Below are positions 1 through 7,949 of a stretch of 26,835 bases of DNA, piece after piece. A program made the position numbers and the translations under genes. A model generated the notes under the pieces. The model did not search any database. It was not told where the DNA came from and was given only the letters and a program-made list of their open reading frames with translations. How positions within the stretch are numbered: the first letter of the stretch is position 1; every line of letters begins with the position of its first letter. The stretch comes from a virus (taxonomy: Duplodnaviria > Caudoviricetes): IMG/VR virus record IMGVR_UViG_3300044636_000037, positions 1-26,835 of that record, one strand, 5' to 3'.

Positions 1-36
1 GCCCGTGTGGCGCAACTTGAAACCAAAGGAGCCTGA
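1..36 (+). CDS. 3' end of an upstream gene (ARVAQLETKGA*), probably a tail fibre with a C-terminal chaperone coiled coil; partial
   Basis: Frame 1 is open from base 1 to TGA at 34-36; the 'ARVAQLE' ending is typical of intramolecular-chaperone tail fibre C-termini; only 11 codons are visible. Confidence 0.45.
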   Translation, partial: ARVAQLETKGA

Positions 37-38
37 AA

Positions 39-278
39 ATGACGGAAGTCGAAACCCCCGTTACCCCCATCGAAACCCCGACCGCTGAAGAAATTGCCCG
101 TCATTACAGCGCGGCGATGGATTCGGTAAACCTGTTGAACGCCGGTAAGCCGGAAGGCATGAAGGACGAGGACTGGGCGGATTGCGTGAAGCGCAACAAG
201 GAACACCTCAGCATCATGCTTGCCAAGGACTACTGGACGAACGAAGACTTGAAGCCGCTACAGGATGCTGCCAAGTGA
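39..278 (+). CDS. Hypothetical phage protein (79 aa), possibly tail-fibre associated
   Basis: ATG preceded by AAGGAG; protein-like composition; stop overlaps the next start (GTGA). Confidence 0.8.
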   Translation: MTEVETPVTPIETPTAEEIARHYSAAMDSVNLLNAGKPEGMKDEDWADCVKRNKEHLSIMLAKDYWTNEDLKPLQDAAK

Positions 279-427
279 TCAAACTAGACCTCGACATCAA
301 CGAAGTGAACTTCATCCTCTCGCTGCTCGGTGACTTGCCAAGCAAGACGGGGGCGTGGCCGCTGATGGTCAAGATCAAGGAACAGGCTGACCCGCAGGTG
401 CCTGTGCCGGATGAAGTGAAGCAATGA
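275..427 (+). CDS. Hypothetical phage protein (50 aa, MIKLDLDINEVNFILSLLGDLP...)
   Basis: The ORF track gives 182..427, but GTG at 275 forms a GTGA overlap with the upstream stop and avoids a 97 nt overlap; its stop forms an ATGA overlap with the next gene. Confidence 0.75.
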   Translation: MIKLDLDINEVNFILSLLGDLPSKTGAWPLMVKIKEQADPQVPVPDEVKQ

Positions 428-618
428 CCACCGTGCAAGAACTGGAAGTGACCGTAACCAGCCACATTGATGTCTGTTCGGTACGGTACGAAGCGATCCA
501 TGCGCGTTTAAAGCGTCTGGAGAGACTCGTGATCTCAGTCGGAGGCACGGTCATTCTGGTGCTGGTCGGTGCGTTGGGTTCCATGGCAATGATGCTGGTG
601 GAGGCATTGCAAAAGTGA
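424..618 (+). CDS. Small membrane protein (coiled coil + C-terminal TM; XhlA/holin-like)
   Basis: Amphipathic 'RLKRLERL' followed by hydrophobic 'LVISVGGTVILVLVGALGSMAMMLV'; coupled at both ends; start of the lysis cluster. Confidence 0.7.
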   Translation: MTTVQELEVTVTSHIDVCSVRYEAIHARLKRLERLVISVGGTVILVLVGALGSMAMMLVEALQK

Positions 619-1028
619 CTGAGACGACCGACATCGAAATGTTCAAGGCGCAGGTGCGAGCCGAGTTGAACCGGCTTGAGGCGCAGTCTTCGGCAAAAGA
701 AGTCGCAGGCAAAGCCATTGGCAAAGATGGCCTCAAGTACATCACGGTCATCGTGGTCATCGGTGTCGTTTCCAGTCTTGCTTTGGAAGGCGAGAAGATT
801 GCGGCGGTAATGGGCCTATTGGGCGCGTCACTGACCGCGCTGATCTCCATGCTCAACAACATTGCCGGGGCTAACGAAAAGGAAGACAAGCCCGAGTTTG
901 GCGTAATCAAAGAACTGATTAACAAACTGGATCGACTTGACCGCAAGGAAATGCCGATGCGTGTCGATGTCGAGGGCGACCATGTGACTGTCACGAAGGG
1001 CGATGATGTGGTGAGGGCAAGCAAATGA
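615..1028 (+). CDS. Two-TM membrane protein, putative lysis-associated
   Basis: Two hydrophobic segments (YITVIVVIGVVSSLAL; IAAVMGLLGASLTALISML); GTGA/ATGA overlaps with neighbours. Confidence 0.75.
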   Translation: MTETTDIEMFKAQVRAELNRLEAQSSAKEVAGKAIGKDGLKYITVIVVIGVVSSLALEGEKIAAVMGLLGASLTALISMLNNIAGANEKEDKPEFGVIKELINKLDRLDRKEMPMRVDVEGDHVTVTKGDDVVRASK

Positions 1029-1510
1029 TGACCATGATTAGCACCTTTCTCTCGTTCCTTGCGGGTGGACTGCCCAAAATTCTGCAAATCTTCCAAGACC
1101 GGCAGGACAAGAAGCATGAACTTGCTCTTGTCGCAGCCCAGAAAGAGCGTGAATTGGCCCTTGCAGAGCGTGGGTTTATCGCGCAGGCACGGGTTGAGGA
1201 AATCAAACTGGAGCAAATCCAGACGCAGACGGCTGCTGAGGAACGCCAAGCCCTGTACAACCACGACATTGAGATTGGCAAGGGCGCGAGTCAGTGGATG
1301 ATTAACCTGCGAGCCAGCGTCCGTCCTGTTGTGACCTACATTTTCGTGCTGGAGTTGGTCGCGCTGAACATTGCCGGGGTGTGGTACGCATGGCATCAAG
1401 GGGTGCCGTTTGCGGCTGCAATGGCCGAAGTGTTTTCGGATGACGAAATGCTGATCCTAAGCAGCATTATTGCGTTTTGGTTTGGTACGCAGGCTTTTGG
1501 CAAGAAATGA
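1025..1510 (+). CDS. Putative holin (3TM/GTA-holin-like)
   Basis: N-terminal hydrophobic helix, coiled coil, 'W..NLRASVRPVVTY' and 'IIAFWFG' motifs, basic C-terminus, upstream of the endolysin. Confidence 0.75.
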   Translation: MMTMISTFLSFLAGGLPKILQIFQDRQDKKHELALVAAQKERELALAERGFIAQARVEEIKLEQIQTQTAAEERQALYNHDIEIGKGASQWMINLRASVRPVVTYIFVLELVALNIAGVWYAWHQGVPFAAAMAEVFSDDEMLILSSIIAFWFGTQAFGKK

Positions 1511-1587
1511 TTCACTTGTACATCGTTCTTATATGGGCGCTTGTAACCGGGAACGAGTCAAACATCGATGAGGCAGATTGGCAGTGA
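1507..1587 (+). CDS. Micro-ORF, 26 aa (MIHLYIVLIWALVTGNESNIDEADWQ)
   Basis: Exactly fills the holin-endolysin gap with ATGA (1507-1510) and GTGA (1584-1587) overlaps; below the ORF-track length cut-off. Confidence 0.55.
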   Translation: MIHLYIVLIWALVTGNESNIDEADWQ

Positions 1588-2072
1588 AAGTCAGCGCCGC
1601 AGCCATCGACATGATCAAGCACCACGAAGGGGTGAGGACTAAGCCTTACCGTTGTCCGGCGCTGTTGTGGACGGTGGGCGTGGGCCATGTGATTGATCCG
1701 ACTCACGCGGCGGTGAAGTATGAGGAGCGCAAGAGTTTACCGGTACCCGCAGGCTGGGATCGCACCCTCACGATGGACGAGGTGGATCGGATTCTTTCTC
1801 AAGACCTTGGTCGGTTTGAGCGTGGTGTGGTTCGACTTTGCCCTGCTGCTGTTGGTCGTCAGGGAGTCTTCGATTCTCTCGTCAGTTTTGCCTTCAACGT
1901 GGGTCTTGGCAATCTCCAGCGTTCTTCCCTTCGGATGAAGACCAACCGGGGTGATTTTGAAGAAGCGGCAGAAGAATTCATGAAGTGGACGAAGGCGGCT
2001 GGGCGTGTATTGCCCGGTCTTGTCAAACGCCGTAAAGATGAGCAGGCTTTATATTTGTCGGGAGTTGCCTAG
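1584..2072 (+). CDS. Endolysin, GH24 phage lysozyme
   Basis: HEG...PYRCPALLWTVGVGH gives an E-x8-C-x5-T catalytic triad; 'FDSLVSFAFNVG' and 'GLVKRRKDE' motifs. GTG 1584 preferred over TTG 1578 because of the GTGA overlap. Confidence 0.93.
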   Translation: MKVSAAAIDMIKHHEGVRTKPYRCPALLWTVGVGHVIDPTHAAVKYEERKSLPVPAGWDRTLTMDEVDRILSQDLGRFERGVVRLCPAAVGRQGVFDSLVSFAFNVGLGNLQRSSLRMKTNRGDFEEAAEEFMKWTKAAGRVLPGLVKRRKDEQALYLSGVA

Positions 2073-4364
2073 ATGCCCCTACAAAAAGTTGAACTACGCC
2101 CCGGCGTCAACCGCGAGTCTACTTCGTACGCTAATGAGGGCGGGTTCTTCGCTGGCGACAAAGTTAGGTTCCGTTCGGGCTATGCCGAGAAGATCGGCGG
2201 CTGGCAGAGCATCAACATCAACGGCAGTACGTTCTTCGGCGTGTGCCGGATGCTGTGGAACTGGATCAGCAAACTCAATCAGAACCTTGTTGGCATGGGT
2301 ACGAGCCAGAAGGTCTACGTGGAGCAGGGCGGCACGTACTACGACATCACTCCGCTTGGTAACTCGCTGACGCTATCGTCAAATCCGTTTTCTACTACAT
2401 CAGGTAGTCGCCTTGTCACGGTTACGGCTTCTGGGCATCTCACGGCTATCGGCACGTACGTTAATTTCTCCGGTGCCACGGCAGTAGCCAGCCTGACTCT
2501 GAACGGCCAGTACGAGATTCAGTCCGTACCTAACGCCAACGAGTTCACGATTTATGCTTCGGTTACGGCTTCATCCACAACGACTGGCGGCGGCTCGCTG
2601 GTCATTGCCAAGTTTGATATTGATGCAGGCAACGCTGTCTACAGTTCGGGCGTAGGCTGGGGTGGCCCTCCTTGGGGATCAGGCGGGTGGGGCTCTTCCA
2701 CGGGTGCAGGCGTCGAGATGCGCCTCTGGTCGATGTTCAACTACGGCGACGATTTGATGTTTGCCGAGCGCGGTGGTGAGATTTACTTCTGGACGATAGA
2801 CACGACTTCGTGGTCTCGTGCTGTTACGTTGGAAGAAAAAGCCAACACGGCGATCAAAGGTACGACGCTTGGCGCGTTTGCCTCGGGCGTTACCACTATC
2901 GTTCTGGATGATACGACTGGGCTTGATACGGGCGCGGTGCTATCGGGTAGTGGAATCGTTAGCGGTACGTACGTCACGACTGCATGGGACTTCAGCAACT
3001 CAGTCACGATTTCGCAGGCAACGAATGCCTCGGCTACGCTTTCGGCTATCTCGTTCAGTTACTCCGGTCGGCACGTGCCGAACGAGGTCAATTACATTAT
3101 TGACTCGCCAGTTAATGACTTTGTGATTTCTTGCGGCTCGACCCCGTACGACCCGACAAGTTTTGCCACGACGTTTGATCCGCTGCTTGTACGCTGGTCA
3201 GATCAAGGCAACGCTTACGAGTGGGTGCCAGCAACGACAAACCAGTCAGGCGAGCAGGGTCTGTCGCATGGCTCGTACATTGTCACAGCCAACAACACCC
3301 GTCAGGAAATCTTGATCTGGACGGACACGGCGCTCTTCTCCATGCAGTACGTCGGGCCTCCGTTCGTGTGGTCATTTACGCTGCTGGATCAAGATATTTC
3401 TATTGCATCGCAGAACGCCGTGCTGACGGTGAACAACGTGGTCTATTGGATGGGCCGCGACAAATTCTTCATGTACTCGGGTCGCGTTGAGACGCTGCCT
3501 TGCACCCTTCGCCAGTTCGTCTATAACGACATCAACTATGACCAATTAAGTCAGGTTGCGGCAGGAGCCAACGAGGGCTACAACGAGATTTGGTGGTTCT
3601 ACCCATCGCAGAACAGCACGATCAATGACCGCTATGTCATTTATAACTATCTTGAGCGTATCTGGTACTACGGCAATTTGAACCGTACATTCTGGGCGCA
3701 GCATACGCAGCGCATCTATCCGTTCGCTACGTTCAACGTGCAGCAGGCATACCTTGCCACGAGCATCAATTCGTCGGTAACAACGATTGCCTTGACCGAC
3801 ACTTCGACCTTCCCGATGAGTGGCACTATCTCCATAAACTCGGAGAAGATTTCTTACGCTGCCAAGGACGGTAATACGCTCACCGGGTGCGTTCGTGGCA
3901 TTGAGGGTACAACGGCGGGATCGCACGAACAGTATGCCTACGTCACGTTCAACGTCGCAAACCAAATTATGTTGCACGAAGTGGGTAACGATGATGCGTC
4001 GGTGTCTCCCGCACTACCCATTGAGGCATTTATTGAGTCGTCGGACTTTGACATTCAAGATGGGCAGAGTTTTGGTTACGTCTGGCGCATGTTGCCCGAC
4101 CTCAACTTCACAGGGTCTACGGGATCAAGCCCGAGTGTGACGCTGACGGTACGGCCTCGGCAGAACTCTGGTTCTAACTATACGAACGCCGACAGCCCGA
4201 CTGTCACGCGCACAGCGACCATACCGGTTCAGCAGTACACCGGGCAGGTCTATACCCGTGTCCGTGGTCGCCAGATGGCGTTCCGTGTGGACTCCAACGA
4301 TCTTGGCGTTGCTTGGCAGATGGGCGTGATGCGTATTGACGTTCGACCGGATGGACGCCGATGA
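2073..4364 (+). CDS. Virion structural protein, probable tail nozzle/stabilisation protein with inserted beta-rich modules
   Basis: 763 aa, beta/aromatic-rich propeller-like segments ('LLVRWSDQ', 'EILIWTD', 'VYWMG', 'EIWWFYPS'), C-terminal 'RGRQMAFRV...DVRPDGRR'; lies just before the ejection-protein block. Confidence 0.7.
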   Translation: MPLQKVELRPGVNRESTSYANEGGFFAGDKVRFRSGYAEKIGGWQSININGSTFFGVCRMLWNWISKLNQNLVGMGTSQKVYVEQGGTYYDITPLGNSLTLSSNPFSTTSGSRLVTVTASGHLTAIGTYVNFSGATAVASLTLNGQYEIQSVPNANEFTIYASVTASSTTTGGGSLVIAKFDIDAGNAVYSSGVGWGGPPWGSGGWGSSTGAGVEMRLWSMFNYGDDLMFAERGGEIYFWTIDTTSWSRAVTLEEKANTAIKGTTLGAFASGVTTIVLDDTTGLDTGAVLSGSGIVSGTYVTTAWDFSNSVTISQATNASATLSAISFSYSGRHVPNEVNYIIDSPVNDFVISCGSTPYDPTSFATTFDPLLVRWSDQGNAYEWVPATTNQSGEQGLSHGSYIVTANNTRQEILIWTDTALFSMQYVGPPFVWSFTLLDQDISIASQNAVLTVNNVVYWMGRDKFFMYSGRVETLPCTLRQFVYNDINYDQLSQVAAGANEGYNEIWWFYPSQNSTINDRYVIYNYLERIWYYGNLNRTFWAQHTQRIYPFATFNVQQAYLATSINSSVTTIALTDTSTFPMSGTISINSEKISYAAKDGNTLTGCVRGIEGTTAGSHEQYAYVTFNVANQIMLHEVGNDDASVSPALPIEAFIESSDFDIQDGQSFGYVWRMLPDLNFTGSTGSSPSVTLTVRPRQNSGSNYTNADSPTVTRTATIPVQQYTGQVYTRVRGRQMAFRVDSNDLGVAWQMGVMRIDVRPDGRR

Positions 4365-4957
4365 CCGTTGCACGTGGCATATCTACGCCGAACTTGCCGG
4401 TTGCTCCGATTCAATACGAGCAGCGGTTTCAAGATCAATTTAGTAACGTCCTGCGGCTTTTCTTTAGACAGGTAGCCAATCGGGTTAATTCACCGACCGC
4501 ACATGCTTCGTATTTTGATACGACGACGCAGCCGAATCCGGTTGCGGATGCCGTTAATTTGTTTACTTACAATTCAGTCGTTACTCAGCAGGCTGTTACA
4601 CGCGGCAACCCGACATCCAAAGTCTACGTTGCTCAGACGGGGATTTATAACTTTCAGTTTTCTGCCCAGTTAGATAAAGCCGGTGGGTCGGCAAGTGCTG
4701 TTTATATTTGGCCTCGTATTAACGGGGAAAACCTGCCGGACTCGGCTACTAAGATCGTTATCGACGGCCCCAACAACGAGATTGTGGCGGCGTGGAACTT
4801 TGTGCTTGTGCTGCAGGCAAACGACTATTTTGAGTTGGCTTGGCAGTCTTCGGACACCGACGTAGTTATCCCGTATGTAGCCGCAACCGGCAACATCCCA
4901 GCGATCCCCTCCATCATCCTGACGGTGGTTTGGGTATCAAATTACGAGGCTAACTAA
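4361..4957 (+). CDS. Virion structural protein (N-terminal helix + C-terminal beta-sandwich, C1q/TNF-like)
   Basis: ATGA overlap; 'TGIYNFQFSAQL' and 'ANDYFELAW' are strand patterns typical of C1q-like folds. Confidence 0.6.
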   Translation: MTVARGISTPNLPVAPIQYEQRFQDQFSNVLRLFFRQVANRVNSPTAHASYFDTTTQPNPVADAVNLFTYNSVVTQQAVTRGNPTSKVYVAQTGIYNFQFSAQLDKAGGSASAVYIWPRINGENLPDSATKIVIDGPNNEIVAAWNFVLVLQANDYFELAWQSSDTDVVIPYVAATGNIPAIPSIILTVVWVSNYEAN

Positions 4958-4994
4958 TGATACTATCCATCAAACTTGCCCCCGTGAGGGAGTT
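4958..4994 (+). promoter_or_regulatory. Candidate extended -10 promoter (TGaTACTAT) and RBS in a small hairpin
   Basis: TG-n-TACTAT at 4958-4966; CCC-GTGA-GGG at 4981-4990 overlaps the GAGGGAG RBS; no clear -35. Confidence 0.4.
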
Positions 4995-7949
4995 ATGAAT
5001 CAAAGTCAATCCATGGCGGGTCTTGCCTCCCTCGTGCAGTCACGGGGTCGAAACGGCGATTCCATGCTCGTCCACATGACCCCCGGCGAAGTTAAGGGGC
5101 TGCAGGCTCTGGCCTTTGCTCACGGTGGACAACTAAGCATCAATCCCGATACGGGGCTTTACGAGGCTAACTTCCTCAAGAAACTGCTGCCAACCATTAT
5201 TGGCGCGGTACTGACCCCGCTGACGGGTGGCTTGATCAACCCGCTGACGGCTGGGTTCCTTGTGGGCGGTGTTGAAGCGGCACGTACGGGCGACCTTGGC
5301 AAGGGCTTGATGGCTGGCCTTGGCGCGTATGGTGGTGCGGGGCTTAGCAGTGCGTTGGCGGGTACTGGGGCTGCAGCCGCCGCTGGAGCGGGTGAAGTTG
5401 CTAAAACGGCTGGCGCAGAAGCCGCCGCTGCCGCTGCTAAAGAAGGTGCCACTCAGGCTGCCCAAGAGGCTGCTAAGCAGGCGGCTATGAAAGAAGCGGC
5501 ACAGGCACAGATTCAGAAACAGATCGCTACCAAGGGTATGTTTGGTCGCTTGCCCGAAGGCGTGGCAAGTTTCAAAAACATCGGCGCTGGTGCTGGGGAA
5601 ATCTTTAAGACCGGTGGCGCTGGCCTTGGCGGTATTGGCGGCATGGGCGCAGCCGGGTCTGCGTTCGGTACGCTTGGTATGCCTGCTAAAGCGGGTCTTA
5701 CTATGACTGCCGCTAACGCACTTAGCCCCGACATGGAAATGCCGGAAGGCGGTGGCTATCAGATTGACGACTCCTATTACGAGTCTATGGGGTACAGCCC
5801 CGAGCAAGGCCGCTTCCTTGGCGGTCAGTGGCGTAAGGGCTATCCCGGCTTTCCCCCGCCGGGCATGGCAGGGGGCGGCGTAATCCCAGCCCCGAACGGC
5901 AATTATCCGTTGGCTAGACCGTCAGAGAGTGTTGGCGGGTACGAGATGGATATTGATCCGTACACTGGCGAGGAGCGGTTTGCTGATGGCGGCAGCGTCG
6001 GTAATCAGAGTCTTGAACAGTATTATCAGAGTCTCCTTGCGCCTCCGACGCAGCAGGGTGGCGGCAACCCAGCCTTCTCAAACTATCTACAGAACTTTAA
6101 TCAGTTCGTGACTTCTCCAATTGCCGCTCCGCAGCAAGGTGGTGGCGGTGGACAACCCGGCGGCGGTCAGCCCGGTGGAGGACAACCCGGTGGTCAGCCG
6201 GGTGGTGGAGCAGGACAGCCCGGTGGTGGGAGACCCGGTGGTGGGAGACCCGGTGGCCCCCGTGGCGGTACAGCCCCCGGTGAACCCGGCGGCGTTGAGT
6301 ACGGTGATTTCTCCGATATGGGAAATACCGGCGGCATGCAATGGGACGCCAATCAAGGGCGTTTTGTTTCGACTGGGCCGCAGAACCCGTTTGCTGGTGG
6401 AATGCCCACAGGTAACCCGTTCGCAGGGTTTGGCAACATAGATTTCTCTGCGATCCAAGACTATTTTAGAAACGCTGGCGCAGGGGGCGGTGCTGGGCGC
6501 GGTGCGGGTGCGGGTGCGGGTGCGGGTGCGGGTGCGGGTGCCGGTGCTGGTGCTGGTTCCGGTGGTATGCCGGGAGGCCAGAATCAATATAGCGGTGATG
6601 AATTTACCGGCCCGACTGACAATCAATTCGGTGGAGACATGGGCGGCGACGGCGGGATGATGTACGCCGGAGGCTCAAAAGACTTCGACGAAACCACTGG
6701 AATGTACCGTGGTGATACGGGTCAAGGATTTGGTACGGCACAGCCTGACCAAAGTGGCGCTGGAACGCCTGATTTTAGTGGCATGGATTTCAGTAATTTG
6801 GATTTGTCCGGCCTACAGAATCTTAATCTCTCGGGTATGGGCGGCGCAGGTAGTTACATGCCTGATATGTCTGCGTTCGGTGGTGGGCAGCAGGCAAACC
6901 CGAATCCGTTTGCCGATAACTATTCCCCGCCTGCTGATACGGGCATGGGTGAAGTTGCTTATCGCGGGGGTTCGCCTAGTTTTGATATGACGGGTGGCGG
7001 TAGGGAATATACGCCCCCTCCTGAATTCTCTAGCGGCCCGATATCACCCATGCAACCGCAGGTTGAGCCAGAAGTGCCTACTGGTGGCGGTAGACCGTCT
7101 AATGATTTTTTTGGTGGGGCTATGGCTCCGACTTCGCAAACGTTTGAACCAGAAGTACCGACTGGCGGCGGTAGACCGTCTAATGATTTTTTTGGCGAAA
7201 TCATGGCTCCGACTTCGCAGACGTTTGACATGCAGCCTTACATGCCTCAACCCCAGCCTGCTCCGCAACCGGCTCCACAACCGGCTCCGCAACAACCTGC
7301 GCCTAATATGGGTGGATTTGGCGGCTTCGGTGGCATGGGCGGTATTGCTGGTCTTGCGGGTCTTGGAGGTATGGGTGGTATGTCACAACCCGCGCCTCAA
7401 CCGGCTCCTCAACCCGCGCCCCAACCGGCTCCTCAACCCACACCACAACCTGCCTTTGACTACGGCGCAATGATGGCTCAACAGCCTGCTCCGTCGTTTG
7501 ATATGGGTAGTTTTGGCGGTGGTATGGACTTTGGCGCTATGCAGCAGCCTGCCTTTGACTACGGCGCAATGATGGCTCAACAGCCTGCTCCGTCGTTTGA
7601 TATGGGTAGTTTTGGCGGTGGTATGGACTTTGGTGGTATGGATTTCGGTAGCATGGGCGGCTTTGCCGCAGGTGGCCCGATTCAATACGCCGCTGGCGGT
7701 AAGTTCTTGCGTGGCCCCGGCGATGGCATGTCGGATGACATCAAGGCGAACATCAATGGTGAGCAGGAAGCCCGGTTGGCTGATGGCGAGTTTGTCATCC
7801 CCGCCGATGTGGTTTCCCATATCGGTAATGGCTCAAGCGAAGCCGGTGCTGATAGGCTCTACAAGATGATGGCTAACATCCGCAAGGCGCGTACCGGAAA
7901 GACCCGGCAAGCCCCGCAAATTAACCCGAAGAAGTACCTACCCTCATGA
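4995..7949 (+). CDS. Gly/Pro/Met-rich internal virion (ejection-type) protein with a tape-measure-like C-terminal module
   Basis: 984 aa; globular-looking termini ('GRNGDSMLVHMTPGEV...INPDTGLYEA'; 'GPGDGMSDDI...RLADGEFVIPADVV'), Gly/Ala-rich hydrophobic segment, long low-complexity centre. Confidence 0.7.
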   Translation: MNQSQSMAGLASLVQSRGRNGDSMLVHMTPGEVKGLQALAFAHGGQLSINPDTGLYEANFLKKLLPTIIGAVLTPLTGGLINPLTAGFLVGGVEAARTGDLGKGLMAGLGAYGGAGLSSALAGTGAAAAAGAGEVAKTAGAEAAAAAAKEGATQAAQEAAKQAAMKEAAQAQIQKQIATKGMFGRLPEGVASFKNIGAGAGEIFKTGGAGLGGIGGMGAAGSAFGTLGMPAKAGLTMTAANALSPDMEMPEGGGYQIDDSYYESMGYSPEQGRFLGGQWRKGYPGFPPPGMAGGGVIPAPNGNYPLARPSESVGGYEMDIDPYTGEERFADGGSVGNQSLEQYYQSLLAPPTQQGGGNPAFSNYLQNFNQFVTSPIAAPQQGGGGGQPGGGQPGGGQPGGQPGGGAGQPGGGRPGGGRPGGPRGGTAPGEPGGVEYGDFSDMGNTGGMQWDANQGRFVSTGPQNPFAGGMPTGNPFAGFGNIDFSAIQDYFRNAGAGGGAGRGAGAGAGAGAGAGAGAGAGSGGMPGGQNQYSGDEFTGPTDNQFGGDMGGDGGMMYAGGSKDFDETTGMYRGDTGQGFGTAQPDQSGAGTPDFSGMDFSNLDLSGLQNLNLSGMGGAGSYMPDMSAFGGGQQANPNPFADNYSPPADTGMGEVAYRGGSPSFDMTGGGREYTPPPEFSSGPISPMQPQVEPEVPTGGGRPSNDFFGGAMAPTSQTFEPEVPTGGGRPSNDFFGEIMAPTSQTFDMQPYMPQPQPAPQPAPQPAPQQPAPNMGGFGGFGGMGGIAGLAGLGGMGGMSQPAPQPAPQPAPQPAPQPTPQPAFDYGAMMAQQPAPSFDMGSFGGGMDFGAMQQPAFDYGAMMAQQPAPSFDMGSFGGGMDFGGMDFGSMGGFAAGGPIQYAAGGKFLRGPGDGMSDDIKANINGEQEARLADGEFVIPADVVSHIGNGSSEAGADRLYKMMANIRKARTGKTRQAPQINPKKYLPS
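6501..6554 (+). repeat. In-frame hexamer microsatellite (GGTGCG)x6 plus 3 degenerate units, encoding (GA)n
   Basis: Read directly from the sequence. Confidence 0.95.
7065..7226 (+). repeat. Tandem 81 nt imperfect duplication (EPEVPTGGGRPSNDFFG..MAPTSQTF x2)
   Basis: Copies start at 7065 and 7146. Confidence 0.95.
7449..7633 (+). repeat. 86 nt exact direct repeat, 99 nt period (PAFDYGAMMAQQPAPSFDMGSFGGGMDFG x2)
   Basis: 7449-7534 is identical to 7548-7633. Confidence 0.95.

Noticed and set aside
182-274. N-terminal extension of ORF 182..427
   Set aside because: TTG start deep inside the upstream gene; GTG 275 with a GTGA overlap is far more plausible.
1025-1036. Met-Met-Thr-Met as a holin/antiholin dual start
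   Set aside because: No positively charged residue between the starts, unlike the lambda S105/S107 motif.
551-1399. 282 aa minus-strand ORF over the lysis genes
   Set aside because: Antisense to three well-coupled genes; no recognisable motifs; typical shadow ORF.
7104-7195. Two T-TTT-TTT slippery heptamers
   Set aside because: Explained by duplicated Asp-Phe-Phe codons; the -1 frame after the first closes within about 13 codons and no stimulatory structure is evident.
7065-7633. Direct repeats as a CRISPR array or DGR template/variable repeat
   Set aside because: Only two copies each, in-frame coding, no spacer array, no adenine-specific mismatches and no reverse transcriptase in the window.
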